Shown here piece by piece: positions 39,517 through 49,414 of a stretch of 64,000 nucleotides of DNA. Numbering within the stretch: position 1 is the first letter of the stretch; each line of letters begins with the position of its first letter. Below the pieces are notes generated by a model. It ran no database searches. It was not told the origin of the DNA and saw only the letters and a list, made by a program, of their open reading frames with translations. Origin of the DNA: an uncultured bacterium (lineage in GTDB: Bacteria; Actinomycetota; Coriobacteriia; Coriobacteriales; Coriobacteriaceae); NCBI GenBank assembly GCA_905214945.1, contig CAJMOC010000004.1, forward strand, positions 65,068 to 129,067. Reading direction: 5' to 3'. The position numbers were made by a program, and so were the translations under genes.

Positions 39517-41730
39517 CTACTCGCTGTAGCGAGTGGCTATGGCAGCTTGCACCATGCCGGTGCTCATGAGGTACGTCACCAGGAAGTAGCCACCATAGGC
39601 CGCCAGGAAAATCGCGCAGGTGAGGCCCACGGTGCCGGCGATGCTCATATCGCCGAATACGCTCACCAGCTCGATGATCACCTTGAGCGCCACAAAGGAG
39701 TGCGCCAAGCCCACTGCCAGCGGGAACAGGAAGAACACCGCTTGCTGCGCCATCACCGAATGCCGGATCTGACGGTCGTCACAGCCGATCTGTGCCAGCA
39801 CACGATAGCTGCGGCTGCCGTCGGCCACGTTGGAGAGCTGCTGGATCGATAGAATCGCCGCGCATGCAACGACCAATACAAAGCCAATGTAGATGGCTAG
39901 ATAGCTAATCATGCCGTTCATCTGCGCCGCCTGCGTATACATCTCGGAACGCGTGATGAAGACTCCCCATCCCCCCGGCTCCTTGCCGTCAACGAGCAGA
40001 ATGTCGAGCATGGTGTATTTAATGCTCTCGTCTGCCTTGGTCACATCCATCCCCTGCTTGTAGTTAACGAGCAGATTACTGGAATACGGCTGCAGATTAA
40101 GCTGGGACAGCAGTTCATCAGCTACGACCACGGTACCGGGATTGCTGCCCATCGCCGAGTTGGCGATGGCCGCCGTATCCTCGTCCGACTTATCGGTTGC
40201 GGGCTTGAGCTCATGCCCGCCCAAGGTGAGGGTATGGCCGCCGGCCATGTATTTGGTGTACAGGTCGCCCAGCTCACCACCCATATCACACGTAAGCAAA
40301 TACTGGTCCCGGCCAATGCTCACCGGCTCCTCGCCCATCATCTGGCGCAGTTTGTTGTACTGGCTCGCCGGCGTCACATACAGACCCATCGCATCAGCGT
40401 TGCTTCCCTCGAGCGCCTTGGGAAGCTTTTCTCCCATGGCCTTGCACATCTCACCCGCCACCACCGAGGGGCCCGAGCCGCCAAGCGGGTAACTCAGATA
40501 CGAATCGATCTGCACATGCTCACCGGCAACATCGGCGATATTGACCTTCTTGCCGGTCTCGTCGTTGTTGTCCACCGACTTGCGATCGCCGTGCCATGCG
40601 GAGTACAAATCGACCGTTGTATCGGCCAGCACCATGCGATCGGCCTCGGACGGATTGACATACTCTTTGTAGTAGTCGAGCGTTTCGGGCGTGTAATAGA
40701 CATATGTCTGAGATACGTCAACAGGGTTATAGCGCTCCAGGTTTTCGTTCATCACGTTGGCAATCGACATACCGCAGGTCACCGAGGTAATGGCCAAAAA
40801 CAGAATCATCGCGATGACGCCCATCGAAAAGCACACCGTGTTGACCTTGGCCGCAAGCTGGCGCACGGTAAACATGTTGAGGCCGCGCCAGTACACGCCG
40901 CGCAGGCTCTGCAGCAGCTTGATGAGCATGCCCGAGAGTCCCCAGAACAGCGCAAAGGTACCCACTGTAACCATAGCGGTCGTAATGCCAAACTGGCTCA
41001 TGGCCTCTTGCAGCTTGCTGTCCGTCGCAGTCAGCGGGAACCCATCACGTAGCAGACGGTAATAGGCCACGCCCACAAGCGCCACGCCCACGGCAAAGAT
41101 GGCAATCGCGATCCAGGGGTTGCGCGTCTTGATGCTCTCGTTGCGACGCTCGGCACCCATGAGCTCAATGAGCCTGGTGCGACGCACGGCGCGAAGGTTC
41201 AGCAGTAGCGTGAGCACAAACATCACGAGCATGCAGGCAAGGGTCAGATTGAACGCATGCACCGAGAAGAAGAAGTGAAAATCGGCGATCTGCGTCTTAA
41301 AGAGCGAAGCGGTAAAGAATGTCATGAGCTGGGAGAGCCCCACGCCCAGCACAATGCCGGCGACAAACGCGCCGACCGAAACAAATACGGTCTCGAGCGC
41401 CATGATCGTGGCGACGCGCCCGCGGCGCATGCCGAGCACCTGGTACAGGCCGAACTCCTTTTTGCGGCGTTTCATAATGAAGTTGTTGGCATACACCATC
41501 AAAAAGGCCATGACGCCGGCCAAAAAGTACGTCAGGTAGCCGAGCATGCTGCCCATGAGCTCGGACAGTCCCTCCTCCTTGATGCCGGCAATGTCGACCT
41601 GCATCGAGACGGTATTGAAGGCATAGAAGACCGTGACGCCCAGGGTGAGCGTCAGCAAGTAGACAAGGTAATCGCGGCCGGCGCGGCGGACGTTGCCCCA
41701 AGCGAGTTTACAGAGCATCGGAGCCCTCAC
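39517..41730 (-). CDS. FtsX-family ABC transporter permease (BceB/MacB-like, 737 aa)
   Basis: Repeated FtsX-type TM bundles with a large extracytoplasmic domain. Overlaps the upstream ATPase gene by 23 nt. Confidence 0.8.
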   Translation of the reverse strand: MRAPMLCKLAWGNVRRAGRDYLVYLLTLTLGVTVFYAFNTVSMQVDIAGIKEEGLSELMGSMLGYLTYFLAGVMAFLMVYANNFIMKRRKKEFGLYQVLGMRRGRVATIMALETVFVSVGAFVAGIVLGVGLSQLMTFFTASLFKTQIADFHFFFSVHAFNLTLACMLVMFVLTLLLNLRAVRRTRLIELMGAERRNESIKTRNPWIAIAIFAVGVALVGVAYYRLLRDGFPLTATDSKLQEAMSQFGITTAMVTVGTFALFWGLSGMLIKLLQSLRGVYWRGLNMFTVRQLAAKVNTVCFSMGVIAMILFLAITSVTCGMSIANVMNENLERYNPVDVSQTYVYYTPETLDYYKEYVNPSEADRMVLADTTVDLYSAWHGDRKSVDNNDETGKKVNIADVAGEHVQIDSYLSYPLGGSGPSVVAGEMCKAMGEKLPKALEGSNADAMGLYVTPASQYNKLRQMMGEEPVSIGRDQYLLTCDMGGELGDLYTKYMAGGHTLTLGGHELKPATDKSDEDTAAIANSAMGSNPGTVVVADELLSQLNLQPYSSNLLVNYKQGMDVTKADESIKYTMLDILLVDGKEPGGWGVFITRSEMYTQAAQMNGMISYLAIYIGFVLVVACAAILSIQQLSNVADGSRSYRVLAQIGCDDRQIRHSVMAQQAVFFLFPLAVGLAHSFVALKVIIELVSVFGDMSIAGTVGLTCAIFLAAYGGYFLVTYLMSTGMVQAAIATRYSE

Positions 41731-42493
41731 CGCCCATCATGGCAACGACCTCCATAATGCGGTCGAAGAACTCTCGGCGGTCGGTGTCGCCGCGGCGCAG
41801 CTCGGTGAAGATCTTGCCGTCGCGGATAAACAGCACACGGCTCGTGTAGCTGGCGGCAAAACTGTCGTGCGTAACCATGAGCACCGTGGCGCGCAGACGG
41901 CGATTGAGCGCCTCCAGGCTCTCGAGCAGCAAGCGGGCGCTCTTGGAATCGAGGGCGCCGGTGGGCTCGTCGGCCATAATCATAGTGGGGTCGGTGACGA
42001 GCGCGCGAGCCGCGGCAACGCGCTGTTGCTGACCGCCGGACATCTGGTAGGGATACTTGTCGAGCACCTGACTGATAGACAGACGCGCGGCTACATCCTG
42101 CACGCGGGTCGAAATTTCGGCCGAGTTTGTGCGGGCGATGGTGAGCGGCAGGGCAATGTTCTCGCGTGCCGTGAGCGTATCGAGCAGGTTGGAGTCCTGG
42201 AAGATAAAGCCGAGCTCCTCGCGGCGGAACTGCGAAAGCTTGGCCTGTTTCATGCGCGTCACGTCCTGGCCGTTGATGCGGATGGTGCCGCTCGTGGCGG
42301 CATCGATGGTCGACACGCAGTTGAGCAGCGTCGACTTGCCCGAGCCCGAGGCACCCATGATACCGACGAATTCGCCGCGGTTGACGGTAAAGCTGACGTC
42401 GTTGAGCGCGCGGGTCACGTTGCCCAGCGCTCCATATACCTTTTCGAGATGCGCGACCTCCAGTACCGGGGTCGCTGCTTGCATGGTTTGCAT
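41708..42493 (-). CDS. ABC transporter ATP-binding protein
   Basis: GASGSGKST, MSGGQQQRVAAARAL, IMADEPTGALD. Confidence 0.9.
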   Translation of the reverse strand: MQTMQAATPVLEVAHLEKVYGALGNVTRALNDVSFTVNRGEFVGIMGASGSGKSTLLNCVSTIDAATSGTIRINGQDVTRMKQAKLSQFRREELGFIFQDSNLLDTLTARENIALPLTIARTNSAEISTRVQDVAARLSISQVLDKYPYQMSGGQQQRVAAARALVTDPTMIMADEPTGALDSKSARLLLESLEALNRRLRATVLMVTHDSFAASYTSRVLFIRDGKIFTELRRGDTDRREFFDRIMEVVAMMGGEGSDAL

Positions 42494-42641
42494 ACCGAGT
42501 CCTTTCTTGCAATTAGTCTACGGCATCTATAGTCGCAAGAAGCCGAGTCGGCTACCATCGATATGGCTTACGCTTGCCTTACCGTTGTGTAAGGTACGGG
42601 TAGCTAGCCTGTCACGTGTTGATGTTGAGAGAGGACTCCTG

Positions 42642-43631
42642 TTGAAGACTGTTCATGTTGCCGCTGGGATCATTCGCAAGGAAGGATCCGATGAGCTGCT
42701 TGCCGTGCAGCGCGGCTACGGCGACATGCAGGGACTTTGGGAGTTCCCGGGCGGCAAGCTCATGCGCGGCGAGACGCCCGAGGACGCCGTACGCCGCGAG
42801 CTCATGGAAGAGCTGCAGGTCAAAGTCACCAACCTGCGCGATTTCTATACCGTTGAGTATGACTACCCCGATTTCCACCTCTCCATGGAGTGCTACTACT
42901 GCTCGCTCACCGATGAATCCGATGAACCCCAAAAGCTTGACCGTCAGCTCGATATTCGCTGGATTCCACGCACGTCTCTTGCCACTGTTGAGTGGATGCC
43001 CGCCGACAAGGGGCTTATCGATGCGCTGATTGAGCTGAAGGAGGACCGGCTTGAGGCTAACGGCACCACTAACGACACCGAGGCCGCCACGGCCGACGAA
43101 CCCGCCACCAAACCCAAGCGCGCACCTAAGCGCCGCAGCAAAAAGCGTCCCAAGCCCGGCCTGCTCGACGGCATCGACACCTCGGACCTTTCCGCCGACG
43201 AGCGCGAACTGGTGCGCCGTCGCGCCGCCATCAAAAAGTCCATGAAGGGCAACAAGCGCGCCAACACCAAGCCCGAGCTGCTCGTACGTCAGCGCCTACG
43301 GGCCGCGGGCCTTACGGGCTATCGTTTGGAATGGAAGGTACCCGGCAAGCCCGACATCGCCTTCCCCGGCCGCAAGATCGCCATCTTCGTCAACGGTTGC
43401 TTTTGGCACCGCTGCCCCAAGTGCAACCCAAGCCAGCCCAAGCGCAACGTTGAGTTTTGGGAGGCAAAGTTCCGTCGCAACGTCGAGCGCGACCGTGCTG
43501 CTGTGGCAGCGCTCACTCAAATGGGCTGGACGCCCATAACCATCTGGGAATGCGAACTCAAAAAAGACCGCATCGACGCCACGATGGAAAAGGTCATCGA
43601 GCAGGTGCGCGCCACAGAGCCGCAGCGCTAA
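42642..43631 (+). CDS. NUDIX hydrolase (MutT-like) fused to very-short-patch repair endonuclease (Vsr)
   Basis: NUDIX box GGKLMRGETPEDAVRRELMEELQV. Basic linker KPKRAPKRRSKKRPKPG. Vsr blocks NTKPELLVRQ, PGKPDIAF, IFVNGCFWHRC, FW..K...NVERDR, GW..ITIWECEL. TTG start at 42642 after GAGAGAGGA; the longer ORF from 42129 is antisense overlap. Confidence 0.8.
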   Translation: MKTVHVAAGIIRKEGSDELLAVQRGYGDMQGLWEFPGGKLMRGETPEDAVRRELMEELQVKVTNLRDFYTVEYDYPDFHLSMECYYCSLTDESDEPQKLDRQLDIRWIPRTSLATVEWMPADKGLIDALIELKEDRLEANGTTNDTEAATADEPATKPKRAPKRRSKKRPKPGLLDGIDTSDLSADERELVRRRAAIKKSMKGNKRANTKPELLVRQRLRAAGLTGYRLEWKVPGKPDIAFPGRKIAIFVNGCFWHRCPKCNPSQPKRNVEFWEAKFRRNVERDRAAVAALTQMGWTPITIWECELKKDRIDATMEKVIEQVRATEPQR

Positions 43632-44119
43632 CAGCGAGCATTCACACGCTCCGCACGTCCGCGCCACATCCACGTCACAAACCTTAGAAAGCCCTTAAGC
43701 TCAAAACCTTTCAAGAGTGTTACTCGATACCTCTGACCTGCAGTTTCATCGTAACACCAAACCAGGTTAAGCCTTTCTTTAGCGCTTCTTTGCGGCAGCC
43801 GCGGCATAATACTGCCAGCGCACGGGACCTAGCAGCAAACCCCGAGCGCAACCTTTTGGTGGACATCGAGGAGGCCGCATAAGCATGCATTCTTCCAATG
43901 ACGCAACACAGCAGCCATCCCTAACACATGCAGACCTTTTCTCCTTCCCCCCGACACAGAGAAACGGTCTCCTCGACTCCCCCACCACAAAAACCAAGCG
44001 CTCAGCCGATCAGAGCCTCAACTTACGAGCATCCTTCGAAAAGCTCCAAGCATCCCTAGACAAGGCGTTCCCCGAACAGGCAAGAGCAATCTAAGCCCAT
44101 CGCGCTTTATACTGATGCC

Positions 44120-45058
44120 ATGCGAAACATGGATCACATAGAATTGCACCGCGGAGGACGCGAGGAAGCGTTTCCCGAGACCGCCGAAGACTGGCCCTAT
44201 ATTGCCGAACGCGCAGAATTCGCTCGCTATCCGGGCAATTCCGTCCCCTGGCACTGGCATTCCGAAGTTGAGCTTTTCTACATGGAGCAGGGAGCGATTG
44301 ACTATCGAACGCACGCGGCTCATGAGCACGTACGCTTTGAGGAAGGGTCCGCCGGCTTTATCAACGGCGGCGTTTTGCACAGTACGCTGCAATCACCCAA
44401 TTCGGCGCCAGCCATTCAAATGCTGCATATCTTTCAGCCGTCGATGCTCGGCGATCCCGCGGGACGTCTCCAAAAGCGCTACATCAACCCATTGCTTCAA
44501 TGTCGAGGCGTCGATGTGCTCAAATGGTCGCCCACCAATCCCGACGATATGCCCTTTATCGATTTGCTGAAGAGCTCCTTTAGCCACGACCTTCAACAGC
44601 CGCAGAACGAGATGGCGCTTCGAAATAGTTTGTCAGAGCTCTGGATTCAGATTAACGCCAAGACCGAACCGCTCTTTTCTTCCGACGGCGCCTCTTGGAT
44701 GACCAGCCGCGACGTACAGTTCAAGGCAATCCTGGACTTTATCCGCGCAAACTATGCAGCCGCTATAGATGTGCCCCAGATGGCATCTGCAGCCGGCGTA
44801 AGCGAAAGAGAGTGTTACCGCATTATCGAAACTTGTGCAGGAACGACCCCGGCGGCATATCTACGCGCATACCGCATAAACCGTGCTTGCGAACTTTTGG
44901 CACACACCACGCGAACGGTACAGACAGTCGCGCGCCAATGCGGATTTATAACAGCAAGCCATCTTGGCCAGGTATTTAAAGAACAAATGGGGTGCACTCC
45001 TTCGAGCTATCGAGCAGCGAGGCAGAATCTCGATAGCACCAGGCAGAAATCCCGCTAG
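44120..45058 (+). CDS. AraC-family transcriptional regulator (cupin plus HTH)
   Basis: C-terminal AraC HTH (AAGVSERECYRIIETCAGTTPAAYLRAYRINRACELL). Confidence 0.85.
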   Translation: MRNMDHIELHRGGREEAFPETAEDWPYIAERAEFARYPGNSVPWHWHSEVELFYMEQGAIDYRTHAAHEHVRFEEGSAGFINGGVLHSTLQSPNSAPAIQMLHIFQPSMLGDPAGRLQKRYINPLLQCRGVDVLKWSPTNPDDMPFIDLLKSSFSHDLQQPQNEMALRNSLSELWIQINAKTEPLFSSDGASWMTSRDVQFKAILDFIRANYAAAIDVPQMASAAGVSERECYRIIETCAGTTPAAYLRAYRINRACELLAHTTRTVQTVARQCGFITASHLGQVFKEQMGCTPSSYRAARQNLDSTRQKSR

Positions 45059-45114
45059 CCCTTCTTCTGTCACTGCATCAAACTTGCAGGCAAACAACAG
45101 AGAGGAGCAATCAT

Positions 45115-45738
45115 ATGAAGCACTTTGACCATATCGTATTTGACGTTGATGGGACATTGGCAGATACAGAAGAAAGCGTTCTGTCATCGCTTGTCCAGAT
45201 TGTCCAAGAAGAGACCAGCAAAACGCTTCCCCGACACGAGCTTGACTTTGCCCTCGGCATACCCGGCAAGGATGCCCTTGAGAAACTTGGAATCTACTCG
45301 CAGGCAACGTTGGATCGCTGGTGCCAAGTTGCCGCCAGCTTTAAAAGCACCATCAGCGTGTTTCCAGGTTTGCTTGAAGTCATCGCAACACTCGCCGATA
45401 GCGGCTGCAAACTTGGCATCGTCTCCTCACGTGCGCGCGACGAATACGCAAAAGAAATTGCACCCCTTGGTTTCGATAAGTATTTTGAGCACATCATCCT
45501 TGTCGAAGACACAACCGAACATAAACCCGCACCCGCACCCATGCTCGAATATCTCCGACGTGCGGGCGCGAATCCTGGCAACGTCGTCTACGTTGGCGAC
45601 ACCGTCTACGACGAACAATGCGCAACTTCAGCAGGGGTCAGTTTTGCCCGAGCAGCATGGGGATCACACCAAGATATCCCAAACGCCACCTACAACCTCA
45701 AAACCCCCAACGACCTACTAACCCTAACAACCAAATAA
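45115..45738 (+). CDS. HAD-superfamily phosphatase
   Basis: FDVDGTL motif I, SSR motif II, GD..YD motif IV. RBS GAGAGGAG. Confidence 0.85.
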   Translation: MKHFDHIVFDVDGTLADTEESVLSSLVQIVQEETSKTLPRHELDFALGIPGKDALEKLGIYSQATLDRWCQVAASFKSTISVFPGLLEVIATLADSGCKLGIVSSRARDEYAKEIAPLGFDKYFEHIILVEDTTEHKPAPAPMLEYLRRAGANPGNVVYVGDTVYDEQCATSAGVSFARAAWGSHQDIPNATYNLKTPNDLLTLTTK

Positions 45739-45903
45739 CCCACGCGTCCCACCCTTTCAGCCCCAACACCACAAGGGCGATTGAGCAGGACGGTTTGGGC
45801 GGGTCCCCGTACTTAGTTTCTAAAATCATTCCGCAGCGCGAAGGCTTCTTATTATTTTCAGACCTAACGCCACAAGGGCGACGACCTCGAGTAGGTCAAC
45901 CTG

Positions 45904-46028
45904 GGAGGGACGAGGGCTTAGTTCCCCAATCTTTCCGCAGGGGGGCAAAAAGCCTCGCCGCACGAAGTGCGCAGCGAGGCTTTTTGCATGCCCGAGGACG
46001 ATTGGGGAACTAAGCCCTCGTCCCTCCC
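45904..46028. repeat. Family-C long composite palindrome, copy 2 (between convergent genes)
   Basis: Perfect 29-nt arms (45904-45932 / 46000-46028) that differ from copy 1 but remain complementary. Same core TTTCCGCAGG..GCAAAAAGCCTCGCCGCACGAAGTGCGCAGCGAGGCTTTTTGCATGCCCGAGGACG. Confidence 0.85.
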
Positions 46029-46061
46029 CGGGATATGTAGCGAGTCGGAGTACCCTTGCTG

Positions 46062-46919
46062 TTACTCTGCTTTGCCCACAGAGTTGAGGTTGGTCATGCG
46101 GATCTTAACCAGCTCGGTGATCTCACGCATGCCCTCCTTGGCCGGCTTCTTAGGATCGAAGCAGGCAGGGTTCTCGGCCATGTAGGCCATGAAGCCCTTG
46201 GTGTAGGCCTGACGCAGCTCGGTTGCGTAGTTAACCTTGCAGATGCCGTTCTTCACAGCCTCGGCAACCTGCTCATCGGGCACACCGGAAGTGCCGTGCA
46301 GAACCAGCGGCACGTCGACGGCGTCGCGGATGGCCTTGACCACCGACTGCTCGATGTGCGGATCGCTCGTGTACACGCCGTGGCTGGTACCAACGCCAAT
46401 TGCGAGGGAGGTGCAGCCGGTACGCTCGACGAACTCCTTGGCCTCGGCAGGATCGGTGTAGGGGCTCTCGCCCTCAACCGCAGGGCCGTCGTCCTCCTTG
46501 CCGCCAACCTTGCCGAGCTCGGCCTCGACGGGCACGCCCATGGCACGGCCAGCATCGGCGACGGACTTGGTCAGAGCGATGTTGTCCTCGAAGGACTCGT
46601 GCGAACCGTCGATCATGACGGAGGTGTAGCCCGTGCGGAAAGCCTGCATGCATCGGTCATAGCCATCGCCGTGATCGAGGTGCAGGGCAACGGGCACGGA
46701 AGCGCGCTCGGCGGCAGCCTTGACCATGCCGTAGAAGTAGTCCAGACCAGCGGTCTTGATGGTGCCCGGGGTGGTCTGCATGATGACGGGGGACTTGGTC
46801 TCCTCGGCAGCGGCCAGAACGGCCATAACAAACTCGAGGTTCTCGACGTTGAACGCGCCGACGGCGTAGTGGCTGGCCTGAGCGTCCTTGAGCATCTTTT
46901 CGGTGGTAACAAGTGCCAT
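46062..46919 (-). CDS. Class II ketose-bisphosphate aldolase (tagatose/fructose-1,6-bisphosphate aldolase family)
   Basis: ALHLDHGDGY, VGTSHGVY and LVLHGTSGVP blocks. ATG 46919 follows GGAGAGGAG. The ORF-track extension to 47060 is unsupported. Confidence 0.85.
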   Translation of the reverse strand: MALVTTEKMLKDAQASHYAVGAFNVENLEFVMAVLAAAEETKSPVIMQTTPGTIKTAGLDYFYGMVKAAAERASVPVALHLDHGDGYDRCMQAFRTGYTSVMIDGSHESFEDNIALTKSVADAGRAMGVPVEAELGKVGGKEDDGPAVEGESPYTDPAEAKEFVERTGCTSLAIGVGTSHGVYTSDPHIEQSVVKAIRDAVDVPLVLHGTSGVPDEQVAEAVKNGICKVNYATELRQAYTKGFMAYMAENPACFDPKKPAKEGMREITELVKIRMTNLNSVGKAE

Positions 46920-47254
46920 GAGCGTTTGCTCCTCTCCCTCGCCCGCATCTGGACATCGGGCGTACGTGTCCGCAAGGCGTTTTACCTTGCGTTTTGCTGC
47001 GCTCATTGTATGAAAATCGCATCTGTCGCATGTACGAGATATCGCCGGCACGCAGGCCAAAACGCTCGTTTTTGAAAAGCAAACGGAAGGGATTCAGGCT
47101 AAATTCCCCTATCCGACATTACCGTTTTCAAGCGAATCATCTTTCTTTTATAGAAAAGATAAGTAATCGAAAGGCGTTTACTTGCTCAAAAAGAAAATGA
47201 ACGAAAATAGACTCAACACAATTCCTGCAAATTTAGGCTGAGGATGGAGCAGCT

Positions 47255-48058
47255 ATGGCCCACGCAACAACCCGAGCTTTCGCCGATGAGCGACGCGCCG
47301 CCATCATGGAGATGCTTGAACATAACGCCTCGGTGCAAGTAGCAGAAATCGCCCAGACCTTTGGCGTGTCCTCCGTTACCGCCCGCGCCGACCTGGACGC
47401 GCTCGCCGAGTCCGGCAAGCTACGCCGTACGCATGGTGGCGCCGTGTCGCTCCACAAACGCCTAACCGTCTCCACGCAGGATCGCCGCATCAACGTCAAC
47501 GTTGCCGCCAAGCAAGCCATTGCCCAAAGCGCTATCAGGCTTGTTAACGACGGCGACACGGTGCTTGTCGACTCCGGCACCACGGCACTCGAGTTCGTTC
47601 GGCTCCTCGACCAGCGCGATGGCATCACCGTCATCACGGCCGACATTACCATTGCCGATTACATCGACGAGAGCATGCCCTCAGTCGATGTCGTCATGCT
47701 GGGCGGGGCACTGCGCAAAGGCCATCGCTATCTGTACGGACCGCTCACTATGCAGGCGCTTCAAACGGTTCACGCCGACCTTGCCATCGTATGCCCCGGC
47801 GCTTTTGTCCCCCGTTGCGGCTTTACGACCGACTTTCCGCAGATGGCCGAGACCAAAACGGCTATGATCGCCGCAGCCCATCAAAGCGTCGCCCTCATGG
47901 ACGCCAGCAAGGTTAACGGGCGCGGCATGTACCGCTTTGCCGAGCTTGTCGACGTCGACACCATCGTGATGGACCGTGATCCCGATGGCGCCGTCGCCAC
48001 CTCACTCGCCGAGACCGCCGACGAGGCCCGCCCAAATCTCGTCATCACCGGCGCTTAA
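47255..48058 (+). CDS. DeoR-family transcriptional regulator
   Basis: N-terminal HTH RRAAIMEMLEHNASVQVAEIAQTFGVSSVTARADLDAL plus a DeoR C-terminal sensor domain. Divergent from the aldolase gene. Confidence 0.85.
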   Translation: MAHATTRAFADERRAAIMEMLEHNASVQVAEIAQTFGVSSVTARADLDALAESGKLRRTHGGAVSLHKRLTVSTQDRRINVNVAAKQAIAQSAIRLVNDGDTVLVDSGTTALEFVRLLDQRDGITVITADITIADYIDESMPSVDVVMLGGALRKGHRYLYGPLTMQALQTVHADLAIVCPGAFVPRCGFTTDFPQMAETKTAMIAAAHQSVALMDASKVNGRGMYRFAELVDVDTIVMDRDPDGAVATSLAETADEARPNLVITGA

Positions 48059-48062
48059 ACAA

Positions 48063-48101
48063 AAACCACCACAAAGGTGTCTGTCCCCTTTGTGGTGGTT
48101 T
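48063..48101. terminator. Bidirectional terminator hairpin between DeoR and FprA genes
   Basis: AAACCACCACAAAGG / CCTTTGTGGTGGTTT stem with A/T runs on both sides. Confidence 0.7.
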
Positions 48102-48124
48102 GAGCGTCAAACGTGAAAGAATCG

Positions 48125-49285
48125 CTACTTGGAAAGCTCGTCGGCGAGGGCCTCGATCTGAGCGCGCGAGGCGTCATTGAGCGAGCCCAGCACGGTCACC
48201 TTGTTCTGTGACAGGGTGATGTCCTTCATGCCCTCGAGCTCCTTGGTCATAACCTTGGCGGCAGTGGGCGCCCAGGAGCCGGCCTCAACGAGTGCCACTG
48301 TACGGTTCTGATAGGCGTGCTCGGCAAGCGTATGGATAAAGGTGCTCATGAACGGGAAGATCTCGCCCTGATAGGTAATGGAGGCAAGCACCAGACGGTC
48401 ATAGCGGAACGCGTCCTCAACGGCCTCGGCCATATCGTCGCGAGCCAGGTCAAAGACAGAAACCTTCTGGCCGCGAGCCTCGAGCGCAGATGCGAGCTCC
48501 TCAACGGCAGCCTTCAGATGGCCGTACACGCTCGCGTAGGCAATCGTGATGCCCTCGTCCTCGGGCTGATAGCTCGACCAGGTGTTGTAGGTGTCGAGGT
48601 AATAGCCCAGGTTCTCGGTCAGCACGGGGCCGTGGAGCGGGCAGATGATCTGGATGTCCAGATTGGCGGCCTTCTTGAGCACGGCCTGCACAAACTTGCC
48701 GAACTTGCCGACGATGCCAAAGTAATAACGGCGCGCCTCGCAGGCCCACCCTTCCGGATCCTCGATGTCGTTGGCGCCGAACTTGCCAAAGCCGTCGGCA
48801 CTAAAGAGCACCTTGTCGGTGGCCTCGTAGGAGAACAGCACCTCGGGCCAGTGCACGTTGGGGGCGCCGACAAAGGTTAGGCTGTGGCCGCCCAAATCGA
48901 GCACGTCACCCTCCTTGACAACCATCTTGCGCTCGGGGAAGTCGGTGTCAAAGTAGTTAACCATCATGCGGAAGGCGCCCATGCTTGCCACAATCTGTGC
49001 CTGGGGATAGCGCTCCATAAAGGCGGCGATGCCAGCGGAGTGATCGGGCTCCATGTGATGGATGACCAGGTAGTCGGGCGTGCGACCGTCGAGCACAGCC
49101 TCGAGGTTACCGAGCCATTCGTCGACAAACCCGCCATCGACCGAATCGGCGACAGCGATCTTTTCGCCCAAGATAACGTAGCTGTTGTATGCCATACCGT
49201 TCTCGGACACATCGTACTGGCCCTCGAACAGGTCGATGTCATGATCGTCAACGCCAATGTAGCGGATATCCTTGGTGATCTCCAT
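48125..49285 (-). CDS. FprA-type flavodiiron protein (metallo-beta-lactamase plus flavodoxin domains)
   Basis: HHMEPDHSAG di-iron motif and a C-terminal flavodoxin-like domain. ATG 49285 follows AGGAGG. Confidence 0.85.
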   Translation of the reverse strand: MEITKDIRYIGVDDHDIDLFEGQYDVSENGMAYNSYVILGEKIAVADSVDGGFVDEWLGNLEAVLDGRTPDYLVIHHMEPDHSAGIAAFMERYPQAQIVASMGAFRMMVNYFDTDFPERKMVVKEGDVLDLGGHSLTFVGAPNVHWPEVLFSYEATDKVLFSADGFGKFGANDIEDPEGWACEARRYYFGIVGKFGKFVQAVLKKAANLDIQIICPLHGPVLTENLGYYLDTYNTWSSYQPEDEGITIAYASVYGHLKAAVEELASALEARGQKVSVFDLARDDMAEAVEDAFRYDRLVLASITYQGEIFPFMSTFIHTLAEHAYQNRTVALVEAGSWAPTAAKVMTKELEGMKDITLSQNKVTVLGSLNDASRAQIEALADELSK

Positions 49286-49414
49286 CAGGCAAAGCCTCCT
49301 AGATAGACAAATGAACCCGTCTATCATAGCACTCGCCTTCATAGTCACGGCTATCTGCCGGCATCCTTACCGATTGTTATTGATATGCAACGCCGAGCCG
49401 TTGACCTGCGAAAA

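Noticed and set aside
42129-42641. N-terminal 171 codons of the 500-aa ORF that contains the NUDIX-Vsr fusion.
   Set aside because: This part is antisense to the ABC ATPase gene and crosses the intergenic region. A TTG start at 42642 with a GAGAGAGGA RBS gives an N-terminus typical of MutT (MKTVHVAAGIIRK).
43885-44094. 69-codon ORF upstream of the AraC gene.
   Set aside because: GGAGG lies 10 nt before the ATG, but codon third positions are not G/C-biased, the product is low-complexity Ser/Thr/Pro/Gln-rich, and no terminator or conservation evidence is available.
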